A stretch of 64,000 bases of DNA, taken from positions 2,155 through 66,154 of the forward strand of contig JAYRXE010000037.1 in the NCBI GenBank assembly GCA_041917695.1, given 5' to 3'. The notes beneath the pieces are model-generated. The model did no database searches, was not told the DNA's origin, and worked only from the letters and a program-made list of their open reading frames with translations. Both the position numbers and the translations under genes were made by a program. Below, in pieces: positions 16,805-24,821 of the stretch (positions within the stretch are counted from its first letter, which is position 1; each line of letters opens with the position of its first letter). The DNA comes from Minisyncoccota bacterium. Its GTDB lineage: Bacteria; Patescibacteriota; Minisyncoccia; UBA6257; GWB1-50-10.

Positions 16805-17389
16805 ATGTTTTATTCGCTTCGCGGTACGCTTGTAAAAAAGACCGCCGGCACTGCCGTAATCGAGGTTGCGGGAGTTGGCTATAAAGTTTTCGTGTCTCAG
16901 CGGACGGCAGCCGCGCTTCCGCCCGAAGGGAAGGAGGCCCGCATATTCACTTCGCTTTCGGTGAAGGAAGACGCGCTCGACCTTTTCGGCTTTGCCGACG
17001 AGCCGACCCTCCGCTTTTTCGAATTGCTGTGCACGGTAAGCGGGGTGGGGCCGAAAACCGCGCTTGCCGTCCTCGACGTCGATTCCATCGAGCGCCTTTC
17101 CGCCGCCATCCTCGAAAAACGCGCGGATCTTATCCTGCGCGCGCCCGGCATCGGTAAAAAAACCGCCGAGCGCATCATCGTCGATTTGCATTCCAAGCTG
17201 GAACTCGAAGGCGCCGCCGCGCTTGCCGGCAAAATGACCACCGAGGTGGAAGTCGAGGAAGCGCTGGTCGGGTTGGGATACGCCCGCCACGACGCCCGGC
17301 GGTCGGCGCATGAAGGGGGAAAGGGCGGGGGAAATTTCGAGGAACAATTAAAACGCGCTTTAAAGGCGCTCGGTTCGAATCAAAAATAA
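16805..17389 (+). CDS. ruvA: Holliday junction DNA helicase RuvA
   Basis: MFYSLRGTL...VIEVAGVGYKV, and an HhH domain (VSGVGPKTALAVL). Confidence 0.9.
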   Translation: MFYSLRGTLVKKTAGTAVIEVAGVGYKVFVSQRTAAALPPEGKEARIFTSLSVKEDALDLFGFADEPTLRFFELLCTVSGVGPKTALAVLDVDSIERLSAAILEKRADLILRAPGIGKKTAERIIVDLHSKLELEGAAALAGKMTTEVEVEEALVGLGYARHDARRSAHEGGKGGGNFEEQLKRALKALGSNQK

Positions 17390-17394
17390 AAAAT

Positions 17395-18750
17395 ATGAAA
17401 ATACAATTTTGCGGGGCAAGCCAGATGGTGACGGGGTCGAACTACCTCCTTGAGTCGGGGGATACGAAGATTCTCATCGATTGCGGACTTTTCCAGGGGT
17501 CGCATTTTTGCGACGAGCTGAATTTCGAGGATTTCCGCTATGATCCGAAATCCATCACGGCGCTCATCGTAACGCACGGCCATATCGACCACATCGGCCG
17601 GGTTCCGAAGCTCGTTCGCGACGGTTTCCACGGAGACATTTTTTCCACGCCTCCGACGAAAGACTTTGCCGAATCCCTTCTGCTTGATTCGGAGCATGTG
17701 TTGCGCACCGAGGCGGAACGGATGAACAAACCGCCGCTTTACGAAATCAACGACGTTTCCGAGGCGATGAAATTGTGGAAGAAAATCACCTATCACGAAA
17801 AATTTTCCGTCGGCCCCTTCCAAATCGAGTTTTACGATGCAGGCCATATTCTCGGTTCCGCATTCGTCGTCATCGAAGCCGAAGGCAAACGCATCGTCTT
17901 TTCGGGTGACATCGGCAACCCCCAGATGCCGTTCATCCGCGACCTCGAGATGATCGAGAGCGCGGATTTTTTGGTCGTCGAATCCACCTATGGGAATACG
18001 GTCCACCACGACACCGCCGCGCGGAAAGATATTTTGGAAGACGTCATCGAGGAGGCGGCAAAGGCGGGCGGGGTGCTCATGATTCCGGCCTTCGCGCTCG
18101 AGCGCACGCAGGAGATGATGTACGAACTCGATGAGCTCGTCTCGCACGGCCGGGTTCCGAAAATGCCGGTTTTCGTCGATAGCCCGCTCGCCATCAAACT
18201 CACCGCTGTGTACCAAAAATATTCGACAAATCCCAAATATTTTTCCGCCGAAGCCATCTCGCTTATCAAGGCGGGGGACGCTCTTTTCAATTTTCCCGGC
18301 CTTGAGCTTACGCTCACGCCGGAACAATCGAAGTCCATCGCCAAGGTTCCGCCCCCGAAAATCGTGATTGCGGGCGGCGGCATGTCGCAAGGCGGACGCA
18401 TCGTTTTCCACGAGCGGAACTATCTCGGCGATCCGAAGAATTCCATTCTCTTCGTAGGGTACCAGGCGAAGAATTCCCTCGGCAGGCATATCAAGGACGG
18501 CGAGAAGACCGTGCACATCTTCGGCGAACCGGTCGAGGTGCGCGCGAAGGTGCACGAGATCACCGGCTATTCCGCGCATGCGGACCAGCCTCAGATCATG
18601 CGGTGGGTGCGTCCTATGAAAGGAACGCTCAAGGAAATATTTTTAGTGCACGGCGAACCGGACCAAATGGAGCCCCTGGCGCAAAAGATGCTCGATGAAT
18701 ACGCCGTGCCCGTCAAAATTCCTTCGCTCGGCGATTCCTTCGTGATATAA
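17395..18750 (+). CDS. MBL-fold beta-CASP family ribonuclease (CPSF73/RNase J-like paralogue)
   Basis: HxHxDH motif (THGHIDHIG), a beta-CASP region and a C-terminal RMMBL-like HGEP motif. The product is 451 aa. Confidence 0.7.
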   Translation: MKIQFCGASQMVTGSNYLLESGDTKILIDCGLFQGSHFCDELNFEDFRYDPKSITALIVTHGHIDHIGRVPKLVRDGFHGDIFSTPPTKDFAESLLLDSEHVLRTEAERMNKPPLYEINDVSEAMKLWKKITYHEKFSVGPFQIEFYDAGHILGSAFVVIEAEGKRIVFSGDIGNPQMPFIRDLEMIESADFLVVESTYGNTVHHDTAARKDILEDVIEEAAKAGGVLMIPAFALERTQEMMYELDELVSHGRVPKMPVFVDSPLAIKLTAVYQKYSTNPKYFSAEAISLIKAGDALFNFPGLELTLTPEQSKSIAKVPPPKIVIAGGGMSQGGRIVFHERNYLGDPKNSILFVGYQAKNSLGRHIKDGEKTVHIFGEPVEVRAKVHEITGYSAHADQPQIMRWVRPMKGTLKEIFLVHGEPDQMEPLAQKMLDEYAVPVKIPSLGDSFVI

Positions 18751-18765
18751 TCGAGGTGTTTCACC

Positions 18766-19422
18766 ATGCCTCCCGCAAAAAAAACTCCGGCAAAATCGCC
18801 CGCGAAGCGAATCCGCCTCGCGTCAGACGACCTGCGCTATAAGATTTGCGTTTCCGGCGCGGCCGAGACCGGCTTGTGCTCCGAAGATTGCTACGAAAAG
18901 GCGGTTCTTTTGGGGAAGGAAATCGCCCGGCGGGGGATGGTGCTCGTGACCGGCGCGACCTCGGGCGTGCCGTATTGGGTCGCCAAGGCGGTGAAGGAGG
19001 AAGGCGGCGTTGTCGTCGGCTTTTCGCCCGCCATTTCAAAAAAAGCCCACGTGAATACGTATCATTTGCCGCTCGACTACCATGACGTCGTGATGTATAC
19101 CGGCTTCCATTATTCGGGACGAAACCTCCTCTTGATGCGCTCGGCAGACGCGATTATCACCATCTGCGGACGCATCGGCACGCTGAATGAATTCACTATC
19201 GGTTTCGAAGATAAAAAACCCATCGGCGTCCTTGAGGGCACGGGCGGCATGGCCGACCGCTTGCGCGATATCGTCGAGAATGCCCATCGCGGTCCCGGGC
19301 GCGTCGTTTTCTCCCGCGACCCGAAAGAGCTTTTGGATGAGGTGGTGAAGCTCATCGAAACGAGCGAAGCGGATGACATCCCGAAAGTGGTGACGATGAA
19401 AGAGAAAGAGGGGGAACAATGA
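18766..19422 (+). CDS. LOG family (TIGR00725) Rossmann-fold nucleotide-binding protein with Lys-rich N-terminal tail
   Basis: LVTGATSGVPY and the ICGRIGTLNEF GT-motif. Confidence 0.65.
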   Translation: MPPAKKTPAKSPAKRIRLASDDLRYKICVSGAAETGLCSEDCYEKAVLLGKEIARRGMVLVTGATSGVPYWVAKAVKEEGGVVVGFSPAISKKAHVNTYHLPLDYHDVVMYTGFHYSGRNLLLMRSADAIITICGRIGTLNEFTIGFEDKKPIGVLEGTGGMADRLRDIVENAHRGPGRVVFSRDPKELLDEVVKLIETSEADDIPKVVTMKEKEGEQ

Positions 19423-20717
19423 TTCCGGCGGGACGAAGAATCGTGCGATACGGGGCGCTTCTCGCGCTTTTTTTGATTCCCTTCGGGACGAAGAAATTCG
19501 TTTTCCAGTTTTTCGGGGGAAACCCCACGGAATTGAACGCGGCTTTCATCTTCCTTTCGACACTTGCCGCAGTCTGTTTCATCGCGTGTCTTCCTCAAAG
19601 TTCCTTCCGCGTTTTTCCCCGGACGCTTCTCGCGTTCGTCGCTCTCGCCGCCCTTTCCGCGGGTTTTTCGACCGTTCCTTTGTTTTCGGCTTTTCGGCTT
19701 TTGGAGCTCTGTGTAGCGGTCTTTTTCGGTTTCGGCATCGCATACGCCCTCCGCGAAAAGATCATTTCAGTTTCCGATGCCGCGCGCGCAATCGCGTATT
19801 CGGCATGCATCCAGGCATTCGTGGTATTTGCGCAATTTTATTCGCAAGCGTCTTTAGGGCTCCGCTCCTTGGGTGAATCGGTTATTCCTTTTGGAAAGAC
19901 GGAGGGGGTTGCGCGGGTGGCGCTTGAAGGGACGGCGCTGTTACGGGGGTACGGCACGATGGCGCATGCGAATATCGCGGCAGCCTGGATGGGTCTCGGC
20001 GTCATATGCCTTCTCTTCCTCTTTATATATGAAGGCAGGTCCGCTCTTTCAGCGTCCATACATGCCGCCGCGGGGCTTTTCCTTCTTTTTACGGGGATGG
20101 TGCTTACCTTCTCCCGTTCCGGATGGGTGAGTTTGGCATGCGCAATTCTCGCGTTCCTTGCGGTTCTCTTTTTCACTTTTCCGAAAAAAGACGCGGTTCG
20201 TGCCGTCCTCCTTTGCGCGCTTGCGGCCTCTGCGGTTTTCTTTCCGCTCCGGTGGGCGATTTTTCCGCGCGCGCATTTATCGAGCGGGGAGCCGTCGGTG
20301 AATCTCCGCGTTCTTTATAATTCAATCGGCATTGAAGTTATGCGGGAAAAGCCGTTCGGAACGGGGATGGCGGATGAGCCGCGCTATGCCGAAACCCGGG
20401 GTCTTTTTGAGAAATTCGGCATTCGGAATCCGCTTGATTTCCAGCCGGTGCATAATCTCTATCTGCTTATCGGAACCGAACTGGGCGTGGCCGGGCTTCT
20501 CCTTCTCCTCTTTTTCCTGGGGAGCCTTTTCCGGTCCGTGGGGGGGATTGCGCCCGAATTGCGCGCGCTTTCCATTTCGCTTTTTGCGTTTGTCGCTGTT
20601 TTCGCGCTTTTTGACCATTTCTTTTGGACGCTTGAAGCGGGGCGCCTCATGTTTTGGGGAGCGCTCGGCATCGCGGGATTCGGTCTTGCAACGCGCCGCC
20701 GCCGCGTGCTTTCATAA
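19419..20717 (+). CDS. O-antigen ligase family membrane protein
   Basis: About 11 TM helices and a Wzy_C-like periplasmic loop ([16 protein letters not shown]). ATGA-type overlap with the upstream gene. Confidence 0.6.
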   Translation: MIPAGRRIVRYGALLALFLIPFGTKKFVFQFFGGNPTELNAAFIFLSTLAAVCFIACLPQSSFRVFPRTLLAFVALAALSAGFSTVPLFSAFRLLELCVAVFFGFGIAYALREKIISVSDAARAIAYSACIQAFVVFAQFYSQASLGLRSLGESVIPFGKTEGVARVALEGTALLRGYGTMAHANIAAAWMGLGVICLLFLFIYEGRSALSASIHAAAGLFLLFTGMVLTFSRSGWVSLACAILAFLAVLFFTFPKKDAVRAVLLCALAASAVFFPLRWAIFPRAHLSSGEPSVNLRVLYNSIGIEVMREKPFGTGMADEPRYAETRGLFEKFGIRNPLDFQPVHNLYLLIGTELGVAGLLLLLFFLGSLFRSVGGIAPELRALSISLFAFVAVFALFDHFFWTLEAGRLMFWGALGIAGFGLATRRRRVLS

Positions 20718-21452
20718 ATGCATATGGGGAAGCTCGGCGGGAAAACAGCTATCGTGACCGGCGCTTCGTCCGGCATCGGACGCGCGATCGCGGAGCGTTT
20801 CGCTTCGGAAGGCGCAAAAGTTTTCGGCGTATCTTTCGGCGAGCCTCCCGCTGACCTTCCGGGCGTCGAATTTCTCCGCGCCGACGTGCGCGTTGAAAGC
20901 GATGTTCGCCGGGCCGTTGAAGCGGTCCATGCCCGTGGGGGAGGGCTCCATATTCTCGTGAATGCGGCGGGAATTTCAAAAATGGAAGGCATCGAAGAAA
21001 CCTCGGAGGCCGACTATGACGCGGTGATGGATACGAACATGAAGGGGGTGTTTCTGATGACGAAAGCGTGCATCCCTCATTTGAAGCCCGCGCGCGGCAG
21101 TGTTATCAACGTCGCATCGAAGCTCGCGCTCATTCCCGACGCCGAGGTGCCCGTCTATTGTGCGTCAAAGGCGGCGGTTGCCATGTTTACGAAAGCCATA
21201 GCCCTCCAGTATGCGCGGGAAGGCGTGCGGATAAACGCCGTCTGCCCGGGTCCCGTTGATACGCCCCTTTTGCAGGCGTATTTCGCGAATCGGGAGGAGA
21301 TGATAGCCTATTATGCGGAACACAATCCCATGGGTAGGATCGGTACGCCGGAGGAAGTGGCTGAGGTGGCGCTCTTTCTCGCGTCCGAAAACGCATCCTT
21401 CGTTACCGGGGGGCTTTATACCGTCGACGGCGGCGGGAGCCTTACGAATTAG
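20718..21452 (+). CDS. SDR family short-chain dehydrogenase/reductase
   Basis: [12 protein letters not shown] cofactor motif, NAAG and a YxxxK catalytic motif (YCASKAA). Confidence 0.9.
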   Translation: MHMGKLGGKTAIVTGASSGIGRAIAERFASEGAKVFGVSFGEPPADLPGVEFLRADVRVESDVRRAVEAVHARGGGLHILVNAAGISKMEGIEETSEADYDAVMDTNMKGVFLMTKACIPHLKPARGSVINVASKLALIPDAEVPVYCASKAAVAMFTKAIALQYAREGVRINAVCPGPVDTPLLQAYFANREEMIAYYAEHNPMGRIGTPEEVAEVALFLASENASFVTGGLYTVDGGGSLTN

Positions 21453-21476
21453 GGATTTTACTCCGCGCGAATATTT

Positions 21477-21548
21477 GCCCTCGTCGTTCAATGGATAGGA
21501 CGCTGGCCTCCGAAGCCGGAAATTGAGGTTCGACTCCTCACGAGGGCA
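21477..21548 (+). tRNA. tRNA-Arg (anticodon CCG)
   Basis: Cloverleaf GCCCTCG...CGAGGGC. Anticodon loop CTCCGAA on stem CTGGC/GCCGG. No encoded CCA. Confidence 0.85.
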
Positions 21549-21583
21549 CTAAAACAAAAACACCCGTTTCGGGTGTTTTTGTT
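21549..21583 (+). terminator. CTAAAACAAA-hairpin terminator directly after tRNA-Arg
   Basis: ctaaaacaaaaacacccgtttcgggtgtttttgtt. The same CTAAAWACAAA+hairpin architecture follows both tRNA-Pro genes. Confidence 0.6.
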
Positions 21584-21624
21584 CGTGCAGAAGGAAAGTT
21601 AGGGCAGAGGAGAAGAATGATTAC

Positions 21625-21653
21625 TTGACAAATATGTAATATTATGCTATATA
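21625..21653 (+). promoter_or_regulatory. consensus-like sigma70 promoter (TTGACA-17-TATATA)
   Basis: ttgacaaatatgtaatattatgctatata lies upstream of the 21710 gene. Confidence 0.5.
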
Positions 21654-21709
21654 TAAAAACAGAATATTAATTAATTAAATAAGGCATAGTCCTTAAGAAG
21701 GGAGGTCTT

Positions 21710-22348
21710 GTGACCCCGGAAATACAACAGATAATCGGATATGTTGCAGCTACGATCTCTTTCCTTGCATATATTCCATATATTATCGAGTTTGTCGGAG
21801 GACGCACTAAAACGCACCCTCTTACTTATTGGATATGGAAATATGGAAACTTATCCGGAGGTACAAATCCTCGGCAGGCAAGTTGGCTTGTATGGGCTGC
21901 CCTCCAATATGTGATTTTTTCAAGTAGCAGAGAGCAAGGCGCTACCGATAGCGCATGGATAGCTTTTGGATATCTCATTGGTTCAAGTCTAACTGCTATA
22001 CTCCTTTTTTGGTACGGAGATAAAAAATGGGGGAAATTAGATGTGTTCTGCGGAGCACTTGCGGTAGCAAGTCTCATTCTTCTTTACGGAACTCGTAACT
22101 CATTCTGGGCATTAATGCTTGCAATCGCAACCGATGCAATCGCGGCGATTCCAACCATTGTCAGTGTGACTAAAGAACCTAAAAACGAAAGTAAATTAGG
22201 ATGGTCTGTATTTCTCGTTGGCGTACTTGTAAATCTTGGAGCGATAAAAGAATTAAATTTCCAAGAAGCTGGATTCAGCTTTTATCTTCTCCTTGTTATC
22301 GGATACATAAATTTGCGGGTATGGCTCGTATTTGGAAAGAAAAATTGA
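21710..22348 (+). CDS. 7-TM PQ-loop/SWEET-like membrane protein (putative), AT-rich island gene
   Basis: Two 3-TM repeats, each with a PQ-loop-like motif (LAYIPYIIEFVGGRTK and AAIPTIVSVTKEPK). Low GC. Confidence 0.4.
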   Translation: MTPEIQQIIGYVAATISFLAYIPYIIEFVGGRTKTHPLTYWIWKYGNLSGGTNPRQASWLVWAALQYVIFSSSREQGATDSAWIAFGYLIGSSLTAILLFWYGDKKWGKLDVFCGALAVASLILLYGTRNSFWALMLAIATDAIAAIPTIVSVTKEPKNESKLGWSVFLVGVLVNLGAIKELNFQEAGFSFYLLLVIGYINLRVWLVFGKKN

Positions 22349-22450
22349 TTTATTAACTTAGGAGGGGTAACCCTCCTTTTTTCTTGTAATCAAACTGTTA
22401 TTCCATCATACTCGACAGCAGAAAATTAAAATTCTCGAAAGGAGGTATCT

Positions 22451-22771
22451 ATGTCAAGTGGCGACCGTGAAGTGACTAATGAAAGAATTTACCATGAGCG
22501 CGAAACAGATTTTTATGTAGCGCTTGCCGAATATCTTGAAAATCCCCACGATATTGCAAAAGAGTTGGCACTGAAAAATCGCTTAGGGCTTTTAAATAGC
22601 TCAGCGAAAGGGTATTGGAGCATCAAAAAAACGATTTCATGGGATGAGATAGGCCCTAAGGTGGAAAAGCTGAAAAATTTTAATCCATTGGCATGGGAAG
22701 AATTTTTAAAAGGCTTTGAAGGGTCGGACCTATATGACCGTTTTTTGGCGGTATCCCCCTTTTTGGTGTGA
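22451..22771 (+). CDS. hypothetical protein (AT-rich island)
   Basis: ORF with an AAAGGAGG RBS and no recognisable motifs. Confidence 0.4.
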   Translation: MSSGDREVTNERIYHERETDFYVALAEYLENPHDIAKELALKNRLGLLNSSAKGYWSIKKTISWDEIGPKVEKLKNFNPLAWEEFLKGFEGSDLYDRFLAVSPFLV

Positions 22772-22864
22772 TTTTTTAGCTTAAAAAGCGGCTTTTTGTC
22801 GCTTTTTTCTTTGGCTTGGCGCCTGCTTTCAGTTTCCCTCAACTTGAGGCTATAATGAGCCTAA

Positions 22865-23776
22865 ATGAAATTCGCCCGGAAGAAGTCCCTGCAGAAGATA
22901 TCCACGTTTTGCATCGGCGGGCATGCCGAATATTTCTTCGAATCCGGAAGCGAACGCGAACTTTTGAAGGCCATCAAGGTAGCCGAGGAGAAAAAAATAC
23001 CGTGGCGGGTGATGGGCGAGGGGAGCAACATTCTTTTTCCCGATGCGATGACGAAGGGGCTCTTGATTCGCGTTAAGGGCGGAAAGATAGAGCGGAAGGG
23101 GAACCTCGTTGCCGTTTCCGCGGGCATTCCGCTTAAGAAGCTTATTGATTTCTCGATACAAAAAGGTCTCGGCGGACTCGAATCGCTTTCGGGCATTCCC
23201 GGAACGGTGGGGGGCGCAATCACCGGCAACGCCGGCGCGTACGGGCATTCCATAAGCGAATGCGTGAAGCGGGTCGAAGTGTGGGAGAGAGGCGCGGCGC
23301 GCTGGATACCCGCCCAGGAGTGCTCTTTTTCGTATCGCGAAAGCGGCTTCAAATACCGCCCGTGCCTTATTTTGAAAATCGAGTTGAAACTCGCGCCGGC
23401 GAAAAAATCGGAACTTCTTTTGAAATCAAAGCGCATTGTCGCGGAACGGACGCGCAAATATCCGAAGGGGTTGAAATGCCCCGGGAGTTTCTTCAAGAAT
23501 CCGCTCGTCGCCGGCATGCCCCGGTCGGCCCTGCGGAAAATCGACATGAGAAACGTCATCGACGGCAAAGTTCCGGCGGGATATCTGCTGGAGGCAGTGG
23601 GAGCGAAGGCGATGCGGGTGGGCGCCATCCAAGTCGCGGATTACCACGGGAACCTTTTCATCAATACCGGCAAGGGTACGGAAGCCCAGGTGAAGAAACT
23701 CACGAATATCTTGAAAGAGCGCGTGCAACGCACGTTCGGCATCACCCTTCACGAGGAGGTGCGCATCTGGGAGTAA
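22865..23776 (+). CDS. murB: UDP-N-acetylenolpyruvoylglucosamine reductase MurB
   Basis: FAD-binding N-terminus (FCIGGHAEYFFE, GEGSNILF) and a MurB C-terminal domain. Confidence 0.88.
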   Translation: MKFARKKSLQKISTFCIGGHAEYFFESGSERELLKAIKVAEEKKIPWRVMGEGSNILFPDAMTKGLLIRVKGGKIERKGNLVAVSAGIPLKKLIDFSIQKGLGGLESLSGIPGTVGGAITGNAGAYGHSISECVKRVEVWERGAARWIPAQECSFSYRESGFKYRPCLILKIELKLAPAKKSELLLKSKRIVAERTRKYPKGLKCPGSFFKNPLVAGMPRSALRKIDMRNVIDGKVPAGYLLEAVGAKAMRVGAIQVADYHGNLFINTGKGTEAQVKKLTNILKERVQRTFGITLHEEVRIWE

Positions 23777-24402
23777 TGGGAAAAGCCGAGGAGCTCGAAC
23801 GGATCGCTGCCGACCTTGATGCTGATGAATCGCTCCCGCTTCGGGAAGCGAATGTGGTGTTCGGAGAAGGGAATCCCGATGCTGAGGTCGTCTTTATCGG
23901 CGAAGCGCCGGGAAAAAACGAAGACCTTGAGCGGAGGCCGTTTGTCGGGCGCGCCGGACAGCTTTTGCGCGCGTTGATACGCGAGGCCGGGTGGGAGGAG
24001 CGGGATGTCTACATAACGAATATCGTGAAGCGCCGACCGCCGGAAAACCGCGACCCCCTCCCGCACGAGATTGAAAGCTATAAACCGTACCTTGCCCGGC
24101 AATTGCGGGTGCTCAAGCCCAAGGTCATTGCGACCCTCGGGCGTTTTTCCATGAATTATTTTCTTCCCCTCGCGAAGATCTCGCGGGACCACGGAAAGGT
24201 GTACAAGCTCGGCGATTCGCTCCTGGTGCCTTTGTATCATCCCGCCGCAGCGTTGCGGGCGACCGGCGTGAAGCAGGAGCTCGAACGCGACTTCAAAAAA
24301 CTCCCGCGGGTCGTTCAAAAATATTCCGAGCTTCTTTCGAAGTACGGCGCGCCCGATGAAGGGAGGGAAGGGCCCCGCGAAACGCAGGAGGGCCTATTGT
24401 AG
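23776..24402 (+). CDS. uracil-DNA glycosylase, family 4
   Basis: GEGNPDAEVVFIGEAPG and HPAAAL motifs. The start overlaps the murB stop by 1 nt (TAATG). The ORF-track N-terminal extension from 23260 is rejected. Confidence 0.85.
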   Translation: MGKAEELERIAADLDADESLPLREANVVFGEGNPDAEVVFIGEAPGKNEDLERRPFVGRAGQLLRALIREAGWEERDVYITNIVKRRPPENRDPLPHEIESYKPYLARQLRVLKPKVIATLGRFSMNYFLPLAKISRDHGKVYKLGDSLLVPLYHPAAALRATGVKQELERDFKKLPRVVQKYSELLSKYGAPDEGREGPRETQEGLL

Positions 24403-24410
24403 CGCCCCGC

Positions 24411-24821
24411 ATGCGGGGACGAAGCCTTGATTTAGGGGTATACTTTTTACATATCATGCCGCGCGTCGTTTTGGATCGCCTGTTGTTCATTGCCTATATT
24501 TTTGAACGGCTTCTTTTCCGTTTTTGGGAGTTTATCCGCCGGTGGTACGCCGGCGCGGCGATGTGGTTTTGGCGGAAAACCCTGGAACGCTTGCAATCGC
24601 TTGACCGCCGCATCGCCCTCAAGGTGACGGTCATTTATTTCTTCCGGCCTCTGTTCGGCGACGAATCCGTCATCGGGCGGCTTCTCGGTTTCTTTTTCCG
24701 GACGCTCCGCATCGTCTTCGCTTCGGCGCTGTATCTGGTTATCCTCGCCGCCGCCGCATTTGCATATCTTCTGTGGGCGCTTTTCCCCGTCTTCGTGATT
24801 TCAAAAATCGTACTTCCATGA
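24411..24821 (+). CDS. hypothetical small membrane protein, translationally coupled to downstream Clp-like ATPase
   Basis: About 3 TM helices. Its stop overlaps the next start (ATGA). Confidence 0.45.
   Translation: MRGRSLDLGVYFLHIMPRVVLDRLLFIAYIFERLLFRFWEFIRRWYAGAAMWFWRKTLERLQSLDRRIALKVTVIYFFRPLFGDESVIGRLLGFFFRTLRIVFASALYLVILAAAAFAYLLWALFPVFVISKIVLP

Noticed and set aside
23260-23775. N-terminal 172 codons of the 380-aa ORF that fuses with the UDG frame.
   Set aside because: This part overlaps murB in another frame and has no UDG homology. The real start is the ATG at 23776, which overlaps the murB stop.
24773-24817. Upstream ATG (24773) as start of the Clp-like ATPase.
   Set aside because: It would overlap the preceding membrane-protein gene by 49 nt. 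The ATG at 24818 forms a typical ATGA stop/start overlap.
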